From: Candidatus Eiseniibacteriota bacterium
GTDB lineage: Bacteria; Orphanbacterota; Orphanbacteria; Orphanbacterales; Orphanbacteraceae
Length of the DNA stretch: 34,663 bases
Reading direction: 5' to 3'
Assembly (NCBI GenBank): GCA_043809585.1
Contig: JBDROZ010000069.1
Coordinates: 62,001 to 96,663, forward strand
The first letter of the stretch is position 1, and every line of letters starts with the position of its first letter. The notes beneath the pieces are model-generated. The model was not told where the DNA came from and did no database searches. It saw nothing but the letters and a program-made list of their open reading frames with translations. The translations under genes were made by a program, and so were the position numbers. Shown here in pieces: positions 18,474-27,692 of the stretch.

Positions 18474-19750
18474 CGTTCCTCCTCCTCGCCGGCGTTCATC
18501 TCCGCGAAGGAGACGCCCAGGACGTATTCGAGAGCCGCGAGAGTCCGGCTCGTTTCCGCGCGCGTTTCGATGACGCGGGCTATCGTTTCGAAGAGTGCGC
18601 TTCGGGCCTCGAGCACCTCCCTCATCGGAAGGCGCCCCTGCTCGAATGCCCTCCTCGTCGTCTCGAGCGCCTGTTCCGCTTCCGGAATCAGCCGCTCTTC
18701 GAGGGCGAGGCGCTCCGACCGGAGACCGACGAGACGGTCGTGCAGGTCCCTCGCCTCCGAGAGCGCCCGGGTGCGCGCCGTCCGTTCCCGCTCCTCCGCG
18801 GCGGCCGCCCGAGCTTTGGCTTCTTCCCTTCGCCCCTCCCCCCGGTCGAAGAGAGGGAGGGGGATCGCCGCCTCCGCGACCCACGCCCACTCCCCGTCGC
18901 CGGAATAGGAACGGACCCCTCCACCGAGCCGGAGATCGGGGATGCGCCCGGCCCGGGCAACATCGACCTCGGCGCTCCGGAGACGCGTTTCGAGGGACGC
19001 CCGCCCCACGGAGGGGCCGGCGGCGGCGAGGGGGGCGATGCGCGCCCACTCGGGGATCTCCCCTTCGCTTCCGGAGGGAAGGGCGCCGCCGAACCCGAAC
19101 TCCCCGTCCCCCCAGAGAGCCGCCAGGGCACGGCCGGCCCGCTCCCGCTCCATCGACGCCCGGTCCCGCTCGATCCGGCCCGCCTCGAGCGCCACCCGCC
19201 CGTTCCCCTCTTCCGCGGGGGATCCGGACCCCGCCTCGAGGCGTTTCGCCACGACCTCCCTGAGCTCTTCGGCGAGGAGGAGGCGGTCTCCGGCGAGGCG
19301 CGCCCGCTCCTCCGCGGCGACGAGGTCGGCGAAGCGGACCTTCACCTCCCGAACGAGAGCGAGGGTCCCCTCCCGCCGGGAGAGGGACGCGAACTCCCGC
19401 CCGATCTCGGCGACCCGCACCCGTCGGCCCCGCTTGCCGCCGAGCTCGAAGGTCTGGCCGAGAAGCACGGTCGTCTCTCTCGAATCGAATCCCCCGAGCG
19501 TCCCCGTGCCCCCGAAGTTCTCCCACTCGACGCCGAACTCGGGGTTCGGGCGCCGTCCCTCCTGGAAGGCCCGGGCCTCCCCGGCCTCTTCCTCGAGACG
19601 GAGGGCGCCGAGTTCAGGGCTTCGTTCGATCGCCAGCTCGAGAGCCTTCCCCAGGGTGAGCGGCCCCCCGTTCTCTATGGCCTCCGCGGGCGGGGCGGGA
19701 CCCGGAGAGATGAGAGCGGCGATCGCCATCATGCATGCGGTTCGTTTCAT
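18470..19750 (-). CDS. TolC-family outer membrane factor (CzcC-like)
   Basis: LTLGKALELAIERSPEL, RPNPE, QTFELGGKRGRR, IPLPLFDRGEG and AFEQG...EVLEAR. Confidence 0.92.
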   Translation of the reverse strand: MKRTACMMAIAALISPGPAPPAEAIENGGPLTLGKALELAIERSPELGALRLEEEAGEARAFQEGRRPNPEFGVEWENFGGTGTLGGFDSRETTVLLGQTFELGGKRGRRVRVAEIGREFASLSRREGTLALVREVKVRFADLVAAEERARLAGDRLLLAEELREVVAKRLEAGSGSPAEEGNGRVALEAGRIERDRASMERERAGRALAALWGDGEFGFGGALPSGSEGEIPEWARIAPLAAAGPSVGRASLETRLRSAEVDVARAGRIPDLRLGGGVRSYSGDGEWAWVAEAAIPLPLFDRGEGRREEAKARAAAAEERERTARTRALSEARDLHDRLVGLRSERLALEERLIPEAEQALETTRRAFEQGRLPMREVLEARSALFETIARVIETRAETSRTLAALEYVLGVSFAEMNAGEEEER

Positions 19751-19888
19751 CGTTTCGATTCCATGTCCGCCCGGGGATCCCCGGGGCTCGGGGATTCGCG
19801 GGCGCGATGAGGCCGATGGGTTTCCCGGGCGGGCAAAAGACGTCGTCCGCTTACCGGTGTGAACGGATGGGTCCGGATGGAGGCCGGC

Positions 19889-20236
19889 TCAAAGCCGGAG
19901 GGGATTCCCGCGGGACGAATGGGAGGCGGAAGGAACAAGGGCAGCCCGGCGCCCGGGCGTCCCGGCGGGGGTTCCCGCCTCCGAGGCGGCCGGCGCCGGG
20001 ATCACGGCGTGGAGGGGGAGGCCCTCCGGCAATGGGCCGGCGGTCTTCTCCGCCCGGACCACGAGGGTGAGCTGGTCGCAGGGGTCCTCGTCGCACTCCG
20101 TCTCATGGGCGCACAGGTCGTCCTCCTTTCCCGCCTCGTCACAAGCGCAGGGGTGGAGTAGGAGCCCGGCGGAACAGAGGACCGGAGAGCCGAGCAGGAC
20201 CCAGAGGGCGACCAGAATGAACAGCCGTTGCATCAT
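19889..20236 (-). CDS. Small exported Cys/His-rich leader protein upstream of the metal RND operon
   Basis: Signal-like MMQRLFILVALWVLLGSPVLCSA, then HPCACDE...CAHETECDEDPC and a Pro/Ala-rich linker, ending RGNPLRL. A TATAAT box (20246-20251) lies 9 nt before the ATG. Confidence 0.65.
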   Translation of the reverse strand: MMQRLFILVALWVLLGSPVLCSAGLLLHPCACDEAGKEDDLCAHETECDEDPCDQLTLVVRAEKTAGPLPEGLPLHAVIPAPAASEAGTPAGTPGRRAALVPSASHSSRGNPLRL

Positions 20237-20344
20237 GATGGCACGATTATACACGATTCGGCCCACTCGTGGCGCCTCGAGTAACCAGATACCCTATTTT
20301 CGGCGAAAGAAATCGTCTTGGGGAAACAGGGTATCTGGTTACAG

Positions 20345-20375
20345 AAAGAAGAGCGGCCCCGAGGGGCCGCTCTTC
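20345..20375 (-). terminator. Intrinsic terminator after the omcS-like gene
   Basis: GAAGAGCGGCCCC/GGGGCCGCTCTTC stem, followed on the minus strand by TTTCTGT. Confidence 0.8.
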
Positions 20376-20403
20376 CCATGCGATCAAGCCGTTCGACGTC
20401 CTA

Positions 20404-21525
20404 CTACGGGCCTACCGGGTAGGGCATGTGGTCGAACGCGTCCTTCACGTGGCACTTGTTGCAGAGCGAGCGCTGGTTGTCGGTGAAGGTGTACTGGTAG
20501 TACTTGTTCGCGATGTCCTCCACGCTGGCGCCGCCGTCGCCGTCCTGCGGGTGCGACTCGTCATTGATGAAGGCCGCGCCGAAGTCCCAGCGGCCGGCAT
20601 CCGGGAACGCCGACGCGTGGGCGCGGTGGCAGGTCACGCACATGACACGATCCGTACCGGCCGGGCCGAGGGTGTAATCCGTCGGGTCCGCGGTCTCGAG
20701 ATCGACGTTGACCGCCTCGAAGGGCACGAGGCCCCAGTAGGAGGTCGCCTGGACGCCGCCGTCCTGGTCCTCGGAGCTGACATAGGCGTTGTACACGGCC
20801 GCCACGGTCGAACCGAGGTTCTGGCCCGTCGGGTGCACGAATTTGGTCGTGTTAGGGGAGTGGAAGGTCTCATGGCAGTTCGCGCACCAGAGGGACATTC
20901 CCGACTTGTGGATCGTGTGCCGGGCATCGGTCTCGTTGCCGCCGCCGCCCACGTAGGTCCGGCGGCTGTTGCCGGCGGCGATCGGAGCGTTCGAGACGAA
21001 GTCGTAACGAGTGCCGCCGTAGATCGGGCCGAGGGCCGAGCCGTAGAGAAGACGGAAGCTCTCGTTGCCGTGCGGGTCGTGGCAGCTGGTGCAGGTCAGG
21101 TTGGTGGAAAGAAAGTCCCCGCCCGGCGCCGAACCCAGGGTCGCGTCAAAGGTCAGGCCGTAGGCCGGACCGTACACGTTGTGGCCGTGGCTGTCGCCCG
21201 TGCTCTCGTTGGCATGGCCGTGGGACGTCCAGGTGAAGGTCTTGGTGAGCCAGTAGAAATCGCCACCCGGACCGTAGCCCAGGCCGCCGAAGAACTGGCC
21301 GTAGGCGGCGTGGCAGCCGAGGCACGTGTCGGTGGAGTTGCCGTTGTTCAGCAGATACGCGTTTCCATTCGGATGAGCCGCGTCCACGAGGGCGCCGTCC
21401 TGGCTGTTATGCATCGTATGGCAGCCCTGACAGTCGGCGACGCCGGCGTCGTGGAACGCGAGACCGCTGCCGCTGGCCAAGGCGACAGCGAAGATCGCGG
21501 TCAGAAGAATCTTGGTGAACTTCAT
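20404..21525 (-). CDS. omcS: Hexaheme c-type cytochrome, OmcS/OmcT nanowire family homolog (373 aa)
   Basis: AGGAGG RBS and Sec signal ending SGLA. Mature N-terminus FHDAGVADCQGCHTMHNS, versus FHSGGVAECEGCHTMHNS in G. sulfurreducens OmcS (recalled). Six CxxCH motifs. Shared motifs PGGDFxWxxKTxTW, GHNV, APGG, CxSCHDPHG, GMSxWCANCH, CxxCHRAHAS and QRxLCNKCHxKD. Tandem TAG TAG stop. Confidence 0.88.
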   Translation of the reverse strand: MKFTKILLTAIFAVALASGSGLAFHDAGVADCQGCHTMHNSQDGALVDAAHPNGNAYLLNNGNSTDTCLGCHAAYGQFFGGLGYGPGGDFYWLTKTFTWTSHGHANESTGDSHGHNVYGPAYGLTFDATLGSAPGGDFLSTNLTCTSCHDPHGNESFRLLYGSALGPIYGGTRYDFVSNAPIAAGNSRRTYVGGGGNETDARHTIHKSGMSLWCANCHETFHSPNTTKFVHPTGQNLGSTVAAVYNAYVSSEDQDGGVQATSYWGLVPFEAVNVDLETADPTDYTLGPAGTDRVMCVTCHRAHASAFPDAGRWDFGAAFINDESHPQDGDGGASVEDIANKYYQYTFTDNQRSLCNKCHVKDAFDHMPYPVGP

Positions 21526-21608
21526 GGAATGCATGCCTCCTGGAGATGGTCTCGACAAAAAAACATCATGCCCGAACAAGGAACGCCATAGGCTCTTACC
21601 TCCCTGAA

Positions 21609-22580
21609 TCACGAAGCACTCCCCCGATACCCGGAAGTTCCGGCTTCCGTCTCGACAAGACGGAACGCCTGCACCCGGCCCTCGAACCCTTGAGCCACCC
21701 ACAGTCTGCCGTCGGGCAACGCGGCGATCGCCGTCGGATGGTATAGGTTGCCGGTTCTCGCTCCCAGGCTCCCGTGCTCGCTCAGAAGTCGAAACTCCTC
21801 GTCGTACGCGAGAATGGTGTGCCGCATCCGGTCGAGCACGAGAATGGTGCCGCGAAAGCCGAATGCGATCCCCACGGGGAAGGCGAGCTCGCCCCTTCCC
21901 CCACCGGGCACACCGAACGTCGACAGGAGCTCTCCCTCGGGCGAAAGCACCAAAACGTAACGCAACTCTCCCCCGGGGACGAAGATCCGTCCGTCCGGGG
22001 CTTCCGCCGGGCGGCCGATGATCAGCCCCTCTTCCCGGGGATCCTCCACCGGCATCCGGGTCCAGAGAATCTCGCCCGTCTTTCCGTCATGTTTCGCCAG
22101 CAGACCGCTGGCCTGATCGACGGTCACGAGATCCCCGTCCCGGGTGACGAGGAGATGGCCCGGAGACCAATCCTCGGTGGGCCGCTCCACCTCGAAAGGC
22201 GTCGGCTCGCCCAGGTAGTTCAACCGCCGGATCGTTCTCTTCCCGTTCGGGCTCCGGTCCGTGCAGACGAAGCTGCCCCACAATTCGATGGAGCCGTCCT
22301 GGGGAGACGACATCCCGGCAATGTTGCCGGTCATGAATGTATGGATGTTGTGCCTGTTGTATACCAAGAGTCCCCGCGCTCCGTCATCGGTCACACAGAT
22401 CTCACCACTCACGGGATTGACCGTGACTGCGGTGGGGCGGATGGGCCGGGTCGACGACGTCACACCCGAAAGTACCCCCTCGTACCGCAAGGTCAGGCCC
22501 GCGTGAAGCGGCGCGACCGAGAGAATAATGAAAAGCCCGCAGAGAACAAGTCCCATACGAACTCGTCTTTTCCGTTCCAT
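21609..22580 (-). CDS. Secreted NHL-repeat beta-propeller protein (OscD-like by context)
   Basis: GGAGG before ATG 22580 and a signal peptide. NHL motifs RPTAVTV, FGVPGGGRGELAFPVGIA and GSLGARTGNLYHPTAIA...RVQAF. Confidence 0.85.
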   Translation of the reverse strand: MERKRRVRMGLVLCGLFIILSVAPLHAGLTLRYEGVLSGVTSSTRPIRPTAVTVNPVSGEICVTDDGARGLLVYNRHNIHTFMTGNIAGMSSPQDGSIELWGSFVCTDRSPNGKRTIRRLNYLGEPTPFEVERPTEDWSPGHLLVTRDGDLVTVDQASGLLAKHDGKTGEILWTRMPVEDPREEGLIIGRPAEAPDGRIFVPGGELRYVLVLSPEGELLSTFGVPGGGRGELAFPVGIAFGFRGTILVLDRMRHTILAYDEEFRLLSEHGSLGARTGNLYHPTAIAALPDGRLWVAQGFEGRVQAFRLVETEAGTSGYRGSAS

Positions 22581-22637
22581 AGTCTCGAGCCTCCGGGGGG
22601 GCATGACCGTCGCCCTGCTCGCTTCCTACAGTTGTGC

Positions 22638-22667
22638 ATTATGACACATTATTTCTGTTTAGGTCAA
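22638..22667 (-). promoter_or_regulatory. Sigma70-type promoter of the NHL-omcS unit
   Basis: Minus strand TTGACC-N18-CATAAT with extended -10 TG, in an AT-rich intergenic region. Confidence 0.65.
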
Positions 22668-22801
22668 GACGTAAAACGAGGTTAACAGCGTTAGAAGATC
22701 TAATAACTCGCTTCCTGGAATTGGCTTAGATCAAATCCCAGCGTTTAAGCAGGAATTAGGTTGGTAACCGGGTCATACACAAGAAGTTAATGAAAGATAA
22801 T

Positions 22802-22840
22802 GGGAGAGGGGGGCGGACGCCAGCCGCTCCCCCCCCCCGC
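22802..22840 (-). terminator. GC-rich hairpin after the giant cytochrome gene
   Basis: GGGGGGCGG...CCGCTCCCCCC imperfect stem, followed on the minus strand by TTATCTTT. Confidence 0.5.
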
Positions 22841-22850
22841 GAAGCGTCGA

Positions 22851-25800
22851 TCAGCGGCTTCGGATCTTGTCAATGTGACACTTGACGCAGAGGGGGCCCC
22901 CCGGATCGCCCGAGAGAATGCCCTCCCACTCCGACCCGTGGGGATTGTGACAACTGACGCAAGTGACCGGCTTTCCGGTGACCGGGTCCTTCACTTCCGG
23001 GCCGACCGGGTGCATCGTGTGGTCGCCGAACCCGTGGCACCGCCCGCAGATATCCCCCTCTTGCCCCACCGGCCCGAGGGCATCGGCATGCGGGTCATGG
23101 CAGGTCGTGCAGGCGCCGATGCCCGTCTCCGGGTGATGGTATTTCGCCTTCACCGAGGCGAGCACCAAATCCCCGTGGCAGCCGGCGCAGACCGTCTGCT
23201 GGTCCGCCGCGAGGAGGTTCTTCTCCGGCGCCGTGTGGGGTTCGTGGCAGGCGGTGCACTTCCCGTCACCGACCGGCCCGTGGGCTTTCCCTTCTCGAAC
23301 CACCGCCTGAATGCCGTCGTGACACTGGTAACAGACCCGGTCCTCGGCGGCGGTCAACGTCTTCAGGGACCCCTCGTGACAGCCGGAACAGTTCCCCTCC
23401 TCGAAGGGGGGGTGGACATTGTCGTAGGCGAGGGCGGTCCCGTCCGATGCGTGGGGGATCGTGGCATCGGTTGCATCTGGCCCCCGTGAGATCCATGCCC
23501 CGGTGGCTCCGGTTCATGGCCGGGTTGGTCGTATTGTGGCACCCGGCGCAAAGCTCGGAGAGGTCCCGCTTGAGGGCGAAGGTGTGCTCCGTACCGTGGG
23601 GATCATGGCAGCGGAGGCACATGTCCCTCCCGAAGGGGGAGTGGACGCGGGCCTTCTTCTTCAGGGCCAGCATGTCGGGATGGCAGTCGAAGCAGAGATC
23701 CCGGGACGACTCCTTGAGGAGCGACGCATGGTCCGATCCGTGGCTCTCGTGGCAGCTCTCGCACCGGCCCTCCCGGACCGGGGCGTGGGCCAGTTCCAAG
23801 CTCGGGAAGAGACTCGACCGATCGTGACACCCGGCGCAGCTCTCCCCGGCGCTCCCGGCGAGGAGAAACTCGCCCCGCGCGACGTGGGGATTGTGGCATC
23901 CCGTGCAATCGCCCGCCTCGAAGGGGGCGTGAATCTTGGTCTTGCCCGCCACCGCCTCCCGCACGTCGTCGTGGCACATGAGACAAAGCTCGGCGGTCTC
24001 CGTCCCCTCGGCGATGGCGTCGTGACACATCGCGCAGTCGCCGTCCGCGAACGGGGGGTGGGCGTTGGCGAGCAGAAGCGACGCCCCCGCCGAGCGGTGC
24101 GGGTCGTGGCATGAGGCGCAGTCCAGGGTCGACGGGTCGAGCCCGAGGTGCTTCCCGCGAAAGTCGGCGTCCTCCTCGTCGTGGCAGTCGAAGCAAAGGC
24201 CAGGAATCGGAGAGTTCAGGAGGGCGTGCTCCGGGCCGCCGTGCGGCCTATGGCAGGCCAGGCAATCGTCCTGGACCGGGCCGTGCACCGAGCCGGCCCC
24301 CGCCATGTCGACCACGTCCTCGTGGCAGCTGGCGCAGAGGAGGAAGGAGGGGGCCGCGAGGAGCGCCTTCTCCTCCGAGCGATGGGGGGTGTGGCAGTCG
24401 AGACAGGCCCCCGCCGCCACCGGCCCGTGCATGAACGGCTTTCCCGCCCCGTCCGCGATGTCGTCGTGACATGTCCCGCACAGCTCTTCGGGCTCGGCTA
24501 CCAGCATGGCGGTACGCTCGCCGCCGTGGGGCTCGTGGCAGTCGAGGCACATGCCGGCGACGGCCGGGGCGTGCACGCTTCCCTTCTTCGATTCGGCGAC
24601 GACGTCGTCATGACAGGTCAGGCAGAGCTCCTCCGGGGATTGATTCAAGAGGCCCGCGCGATCCGAGACGTGGGCGTCGTGACAATCGAGGCACCGCCCC
24701 TCGGCGACCACCTTGTGAGGATGGGCGGACGCGTTCAGGAGTTTCACGTTCAAATGGCACGAGAGACAGAGATCGCCCGGCCGCTGCTCCAAGAGGGCCA
24801 CATGGCGGGAGGAGTGCGGATCGTGGCAGGCCGTGCACGCCTGCTTGACGAAGGGGGCGTGGCGGAACCGTCCTTCCTTATCCTGAAGGGAATCCTCCGT
24901 GTGACAGCCGAGGCACTGCTCGTTCGTCTCCGCCTTCAAGAGAGCCGGGAAGGCGCCGCCGTGGGGCTCGTGACAGGTGGCGCACTCCCCGCCCGCGACC
25001 GGATCGTGCACGGTCTGCAGTCCCATGTCGGGCGTGTCGTGACAGTCGGCGCAGAGCCGGTCCTGTCGCTGCACGAGAAGCCCCGGAAACGCGCTGCCGT
25101 GCGGGTCGTGGCAGGTCCCGCACGAACCATCCTCGAAGGGGGCGTGGGAGACTTTCGCCCCCTCGCCGACTTCGTGGCACATGAGACAGATCTCCTCGTA
25201 CCCCTCGACCAGCTCCATCGCTCCGCCGGCGCCCGCGGCGTGACAAGTTTCGCATTCCATGCCGGCCACGGGGCCATGGATCGCGCCGCGCAGCAGCGTC
25301 GGCTCCGCGGAACTGTGGGGATCGTGACAGGAGGTGCATGGTCCGGACGCGACGTCCCAGCCGCCGTGATTCTCCCGGAGCGTCGATTCGTTCTTGTGGC
25401 ACCCGAGACAGAGATCGCGGCCCGGCTTTACGAGCAGACCTTCGTATTCCGAGGCGTGGGCGTCGTGGCAACCCCCGCACCCTTCCTTCAACAAGGGCTT
25501 GTGGACGTGTTCCCGCTCGAAAGCGGATCGGTCGTGGCAGCCGTAGCAGAATTCGGCGCCCCGCGCCGGCAGGAGCAGGGGTTCGCCCGTTCCGTGGGGG
25601 TGGTGGCACGCTTCGCACCCCTCCTTGTCCAGGGGGGCGTGCACGTGGGCCGCCTCGTCCACGGCGGCGTACTCCTCGTGGCAGGTCGTGCAGAGACCGG
25701 GGCCCTTCGCCTTCAGGATGAGCCCGCCGAGAATGCCGTGCGGCTTGTGGCAGGAGTCGCACTTCTTGTCCTTGAATGGATCGTGGGCGTGGGATCGCTT

Positions 25801-25965
25801 GACTTCTCCCCGAAGATCCTCGTGGCAATCGAGACAGTCTTTCGGCTTGAATCGGTCCGAGGCGCGCGCCCCCACCGGCCCGAAGACCGAGCAAACGATC
25901 AGCGCCGACAGGACGAACCCCGCCGACCGGTGCCAACCCCGTCGATGCCGATACCCCGCACTCAT
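22851..25965 (-). CDS. Giant multiheme cytochrome c (paired-CxxCH family), ~1037 aa, 42 CxxCH by hand count; frameshifted at G5 23453-23457
   Basis: 34 CxxCH motifs in ORF 23266-25965 up to CNRCHDP. Deleting one base continues HASDGTALAYDNVHPPFEEGNCSGCH into ORF 22851-23357 and adds 8 more. N-terminal signal peptide ends GARA. Confidence 0.9.
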
Positions 25966-25969
25966 CGTC

Positions 25970-27688
25970 CTAGCCCCCCGATCCCGTGTTCGCCGACGAA
26001 GCGGGCGTCTCCGCCCCCCCGCCCACCCCCGACTCCGGTACCCACGCGCGGATTCGCTCCGCGATCACTTCCTCCGCCCCCGGCGCGATCTTCGTTTCCG
26101 AGGCCCCTTCGAGACGCTCCAGGGCGACCTTGATCAACTCCTGGTTGCGGCGGTTTCTCATCTCCCGAAGGACCTGGTGGCGGCACTCCGCGAGGGGCGG
26201 GGTCGAGACGCGCTCCACCGCGTCGACCACTCCGACCACGAAGCCGCCCTCCGTCTCCACGGGACCGACGACGTTCATGTCCGCCGCGTCCGTCTCGTCG
26301 AAAAGGGAGGGCTCGATCCACCCGGAAAACGACGGGGGCCCGACCTCGACCACGCCCTCGGCCCGCTCCGAGAGCCACTTCAGCTTCGCCCCCTTCTCGA
26401 CCATCTCCCTGAAGGCGGCCGCCGAAGACAGGTCCGCGAGGAGGACGCTCGACACCTTGATCCGCGGCTTCGGCATGAAGGCCTCGGAATGGGCCGAGTA
26501 GAACTCCTCGACTTCCTTCTCTTCCGGCTCGAAGGGGACGCCGAGGATCAGCCGCAGCACTTCCTCCCGGAGGAGGCCCCGCTCGAGAGCGCGCGCATGG
26601 CGCAGGATATCGTCTCTCGAGAGGAACCCGAGGACCGACGCCTCGTAAGAGAGAAGGGCTTCGGAAAAGTACTCCTCGAACATCTTGTCCCGAACCTCGT
26701 TCGCGTTCGGCTTCCCCGCGAGTCCGTGGAAGTAGACGTAGAGTATGCTCTTCGTCAGGCCTTTCACCGTGAGAAAGCCGATCGGCGAGTGGGCGAGGGT
26801 GTCCTCGCTCGTGCGGAGATACTCCTGCACCTTCGGATCCTCCGAGCCGTAGTCGAGAGAGGCGAGCAGGGAGTCGTCGACCACCATGCCGTACTTCTCG
26901 CGGACCGATTCGGTGAAGGACCGGACGGCGAACATGACCCGATCCTTCATGATCGCCTCTTTGATCGCCCCCCTCATCTCCTCGGAAGTGCCGAGATTCT
27001 CCTCTCGCCGGTCGACGAGGCGCACCAGGTGCCACCCGAATTGGGTCTTCACGGGTCCCGCGGTCCCCCCCGGTTCGAGGGATCGGACGGCCTCTTCGAA
27101 CTCGGGTACGAAACGCCCTTCCCGGGCCCAGCCGAGATCGCCCATTTTCTTCGCCGATGTCGAGTCGAGGGAGTGCCTCGCCGCGAGGTCCCCGAAGGAG
27201 ACGCCCGTTTCCAGACTCTCGCGGAGCGCGCGCGCTTCCTCTTTCTCGGTCACGAGGATGTGGGAGACGCGATTCATGATGTTCGACACGTTCGTGAAGC
27301 TATCCAGCTCCGCCTCCGTCGGCTCCGCCACGCCGTTCGACACGGAGTCGAGGAGGGCCATCATCCCCTTGTGCCGCCGAAGCTCGCGCACTTGATTCCG
27401 GACCGCCGGGAGCGAGTCGGCGCCGATGCGGTACCCTTCCTGTTCGAGAAGACGGTTCTGGATCAGCCGCCGGAGCAGCCCATCCGGGCTCGGAAGGGCC
27501 TCCTCTCCCCCCTTGCGGAACACCGCTCCGAAGGCGGCGAGCTCGCGGTTCAAGTCTTCCACCGTGATGTCCTCGCCGTTCACCGTGGCGAGCCGGTCTC
27601 CCGCCCCGGCGGCCCGGGCCTCGCCGAATCCGGCCGGGGAGAGGAGGAGGAGGGCGATGACCGGCAGCAATCGTTCCCGATGAATCAT
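25970..27688 (-). CDS. SurA/PrsA-like parvulin PPIase chaperone (OscH-like by context), 572 aa
   Basis: Start MIHRERLL (GGAG RBS) with a signal peptide. LATVNGEDITVEDL, then parvulin motifs VSHILV, FGDLAARHSLD, GDLGW, FVPEFEEAV and GPVKTQFGWHLV, plus a second degenerate parvulin domain. Confidence 0.88.
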   Translation of the reverse strand: MIHRERLLPVIALLLLSPAGFGEARAAGAGDRLATVNGEDITVEDLNRELAAFGAVFRKGGEEALPSPDGLLRRLIQNRLLEQEGYRIGADSLPAVRNQVRELRRHKGMMALLDSVSNGVAEPTEAELDSFTNVSNIMNRVSHILVTEKEEARALRESLETGVSFGDLAARHSLDSTSAKKMGDLGWAREGRFVPEFEEAVRSLEPGGTAGPVKTQFGWHLVRLVDRREENLGTSEEMRGAIKEAIMKDRVMFAVRSFTESVREKYGMVVDDSLLASLDYGSEDPKVQEYLRTSEDTLAHSPIGFLTVKGLTKSILYVYFHGLAGKPNANEVRDKMFEEYFSEALLSYEASVLGFLSRDDILRHARALERGLLREEVLRLILGVPFEPEEKEVEEFYSAHSEAFMPKPRIKVSSVLLADLSSAAAFREMVEKGAKLKWLSERAEGVVEVGPPSFSGWIEPSLFDETDAADMNVVGPVETEGGFVVGVVDAVERVSTPPLAECRHQVLREMRNRRNQELIKVALERLEGASETKIAPGAEEVIAERIRAWVPESGVGGGAETPASSANTGSGG

Positions 27689-27692
27689 GATT

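Noticed and set aside
18474-19526. N-terminal half of the 698-aa ORF 17430-19526
   Set aside because: Arg/Gly-rich off-frame read-through overlapping tolC. The MFP starts at 18473 with an RBS and signal segment.
20401-20406. Amber read-through (pyrrolysine) at the omcS-like stop
   Set aside because: A tandem TAG TAG followed by a terminator indicates a firm stop.
21526-21702. Extended N-terminus of the omcS-like ORF
   Set aside because: It overlaps the NHL gene; the RBS and signal peptide support ATG 21525.
23453-23457. Phase variation or programmed frameshift in the giant cytochrome
   Set aside because: A G5 run is too short for a contingency tract and there is no slippery heptamer. With two other homopolymer indels in the window, a sequencing error is more likely.
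25860-25965. Tat signal (HRRGW) on the giant cytochrome
   Set aside because: No S/T-RRxFL consensus, and c-type cytochromes are normally exported unfolded via Sec.
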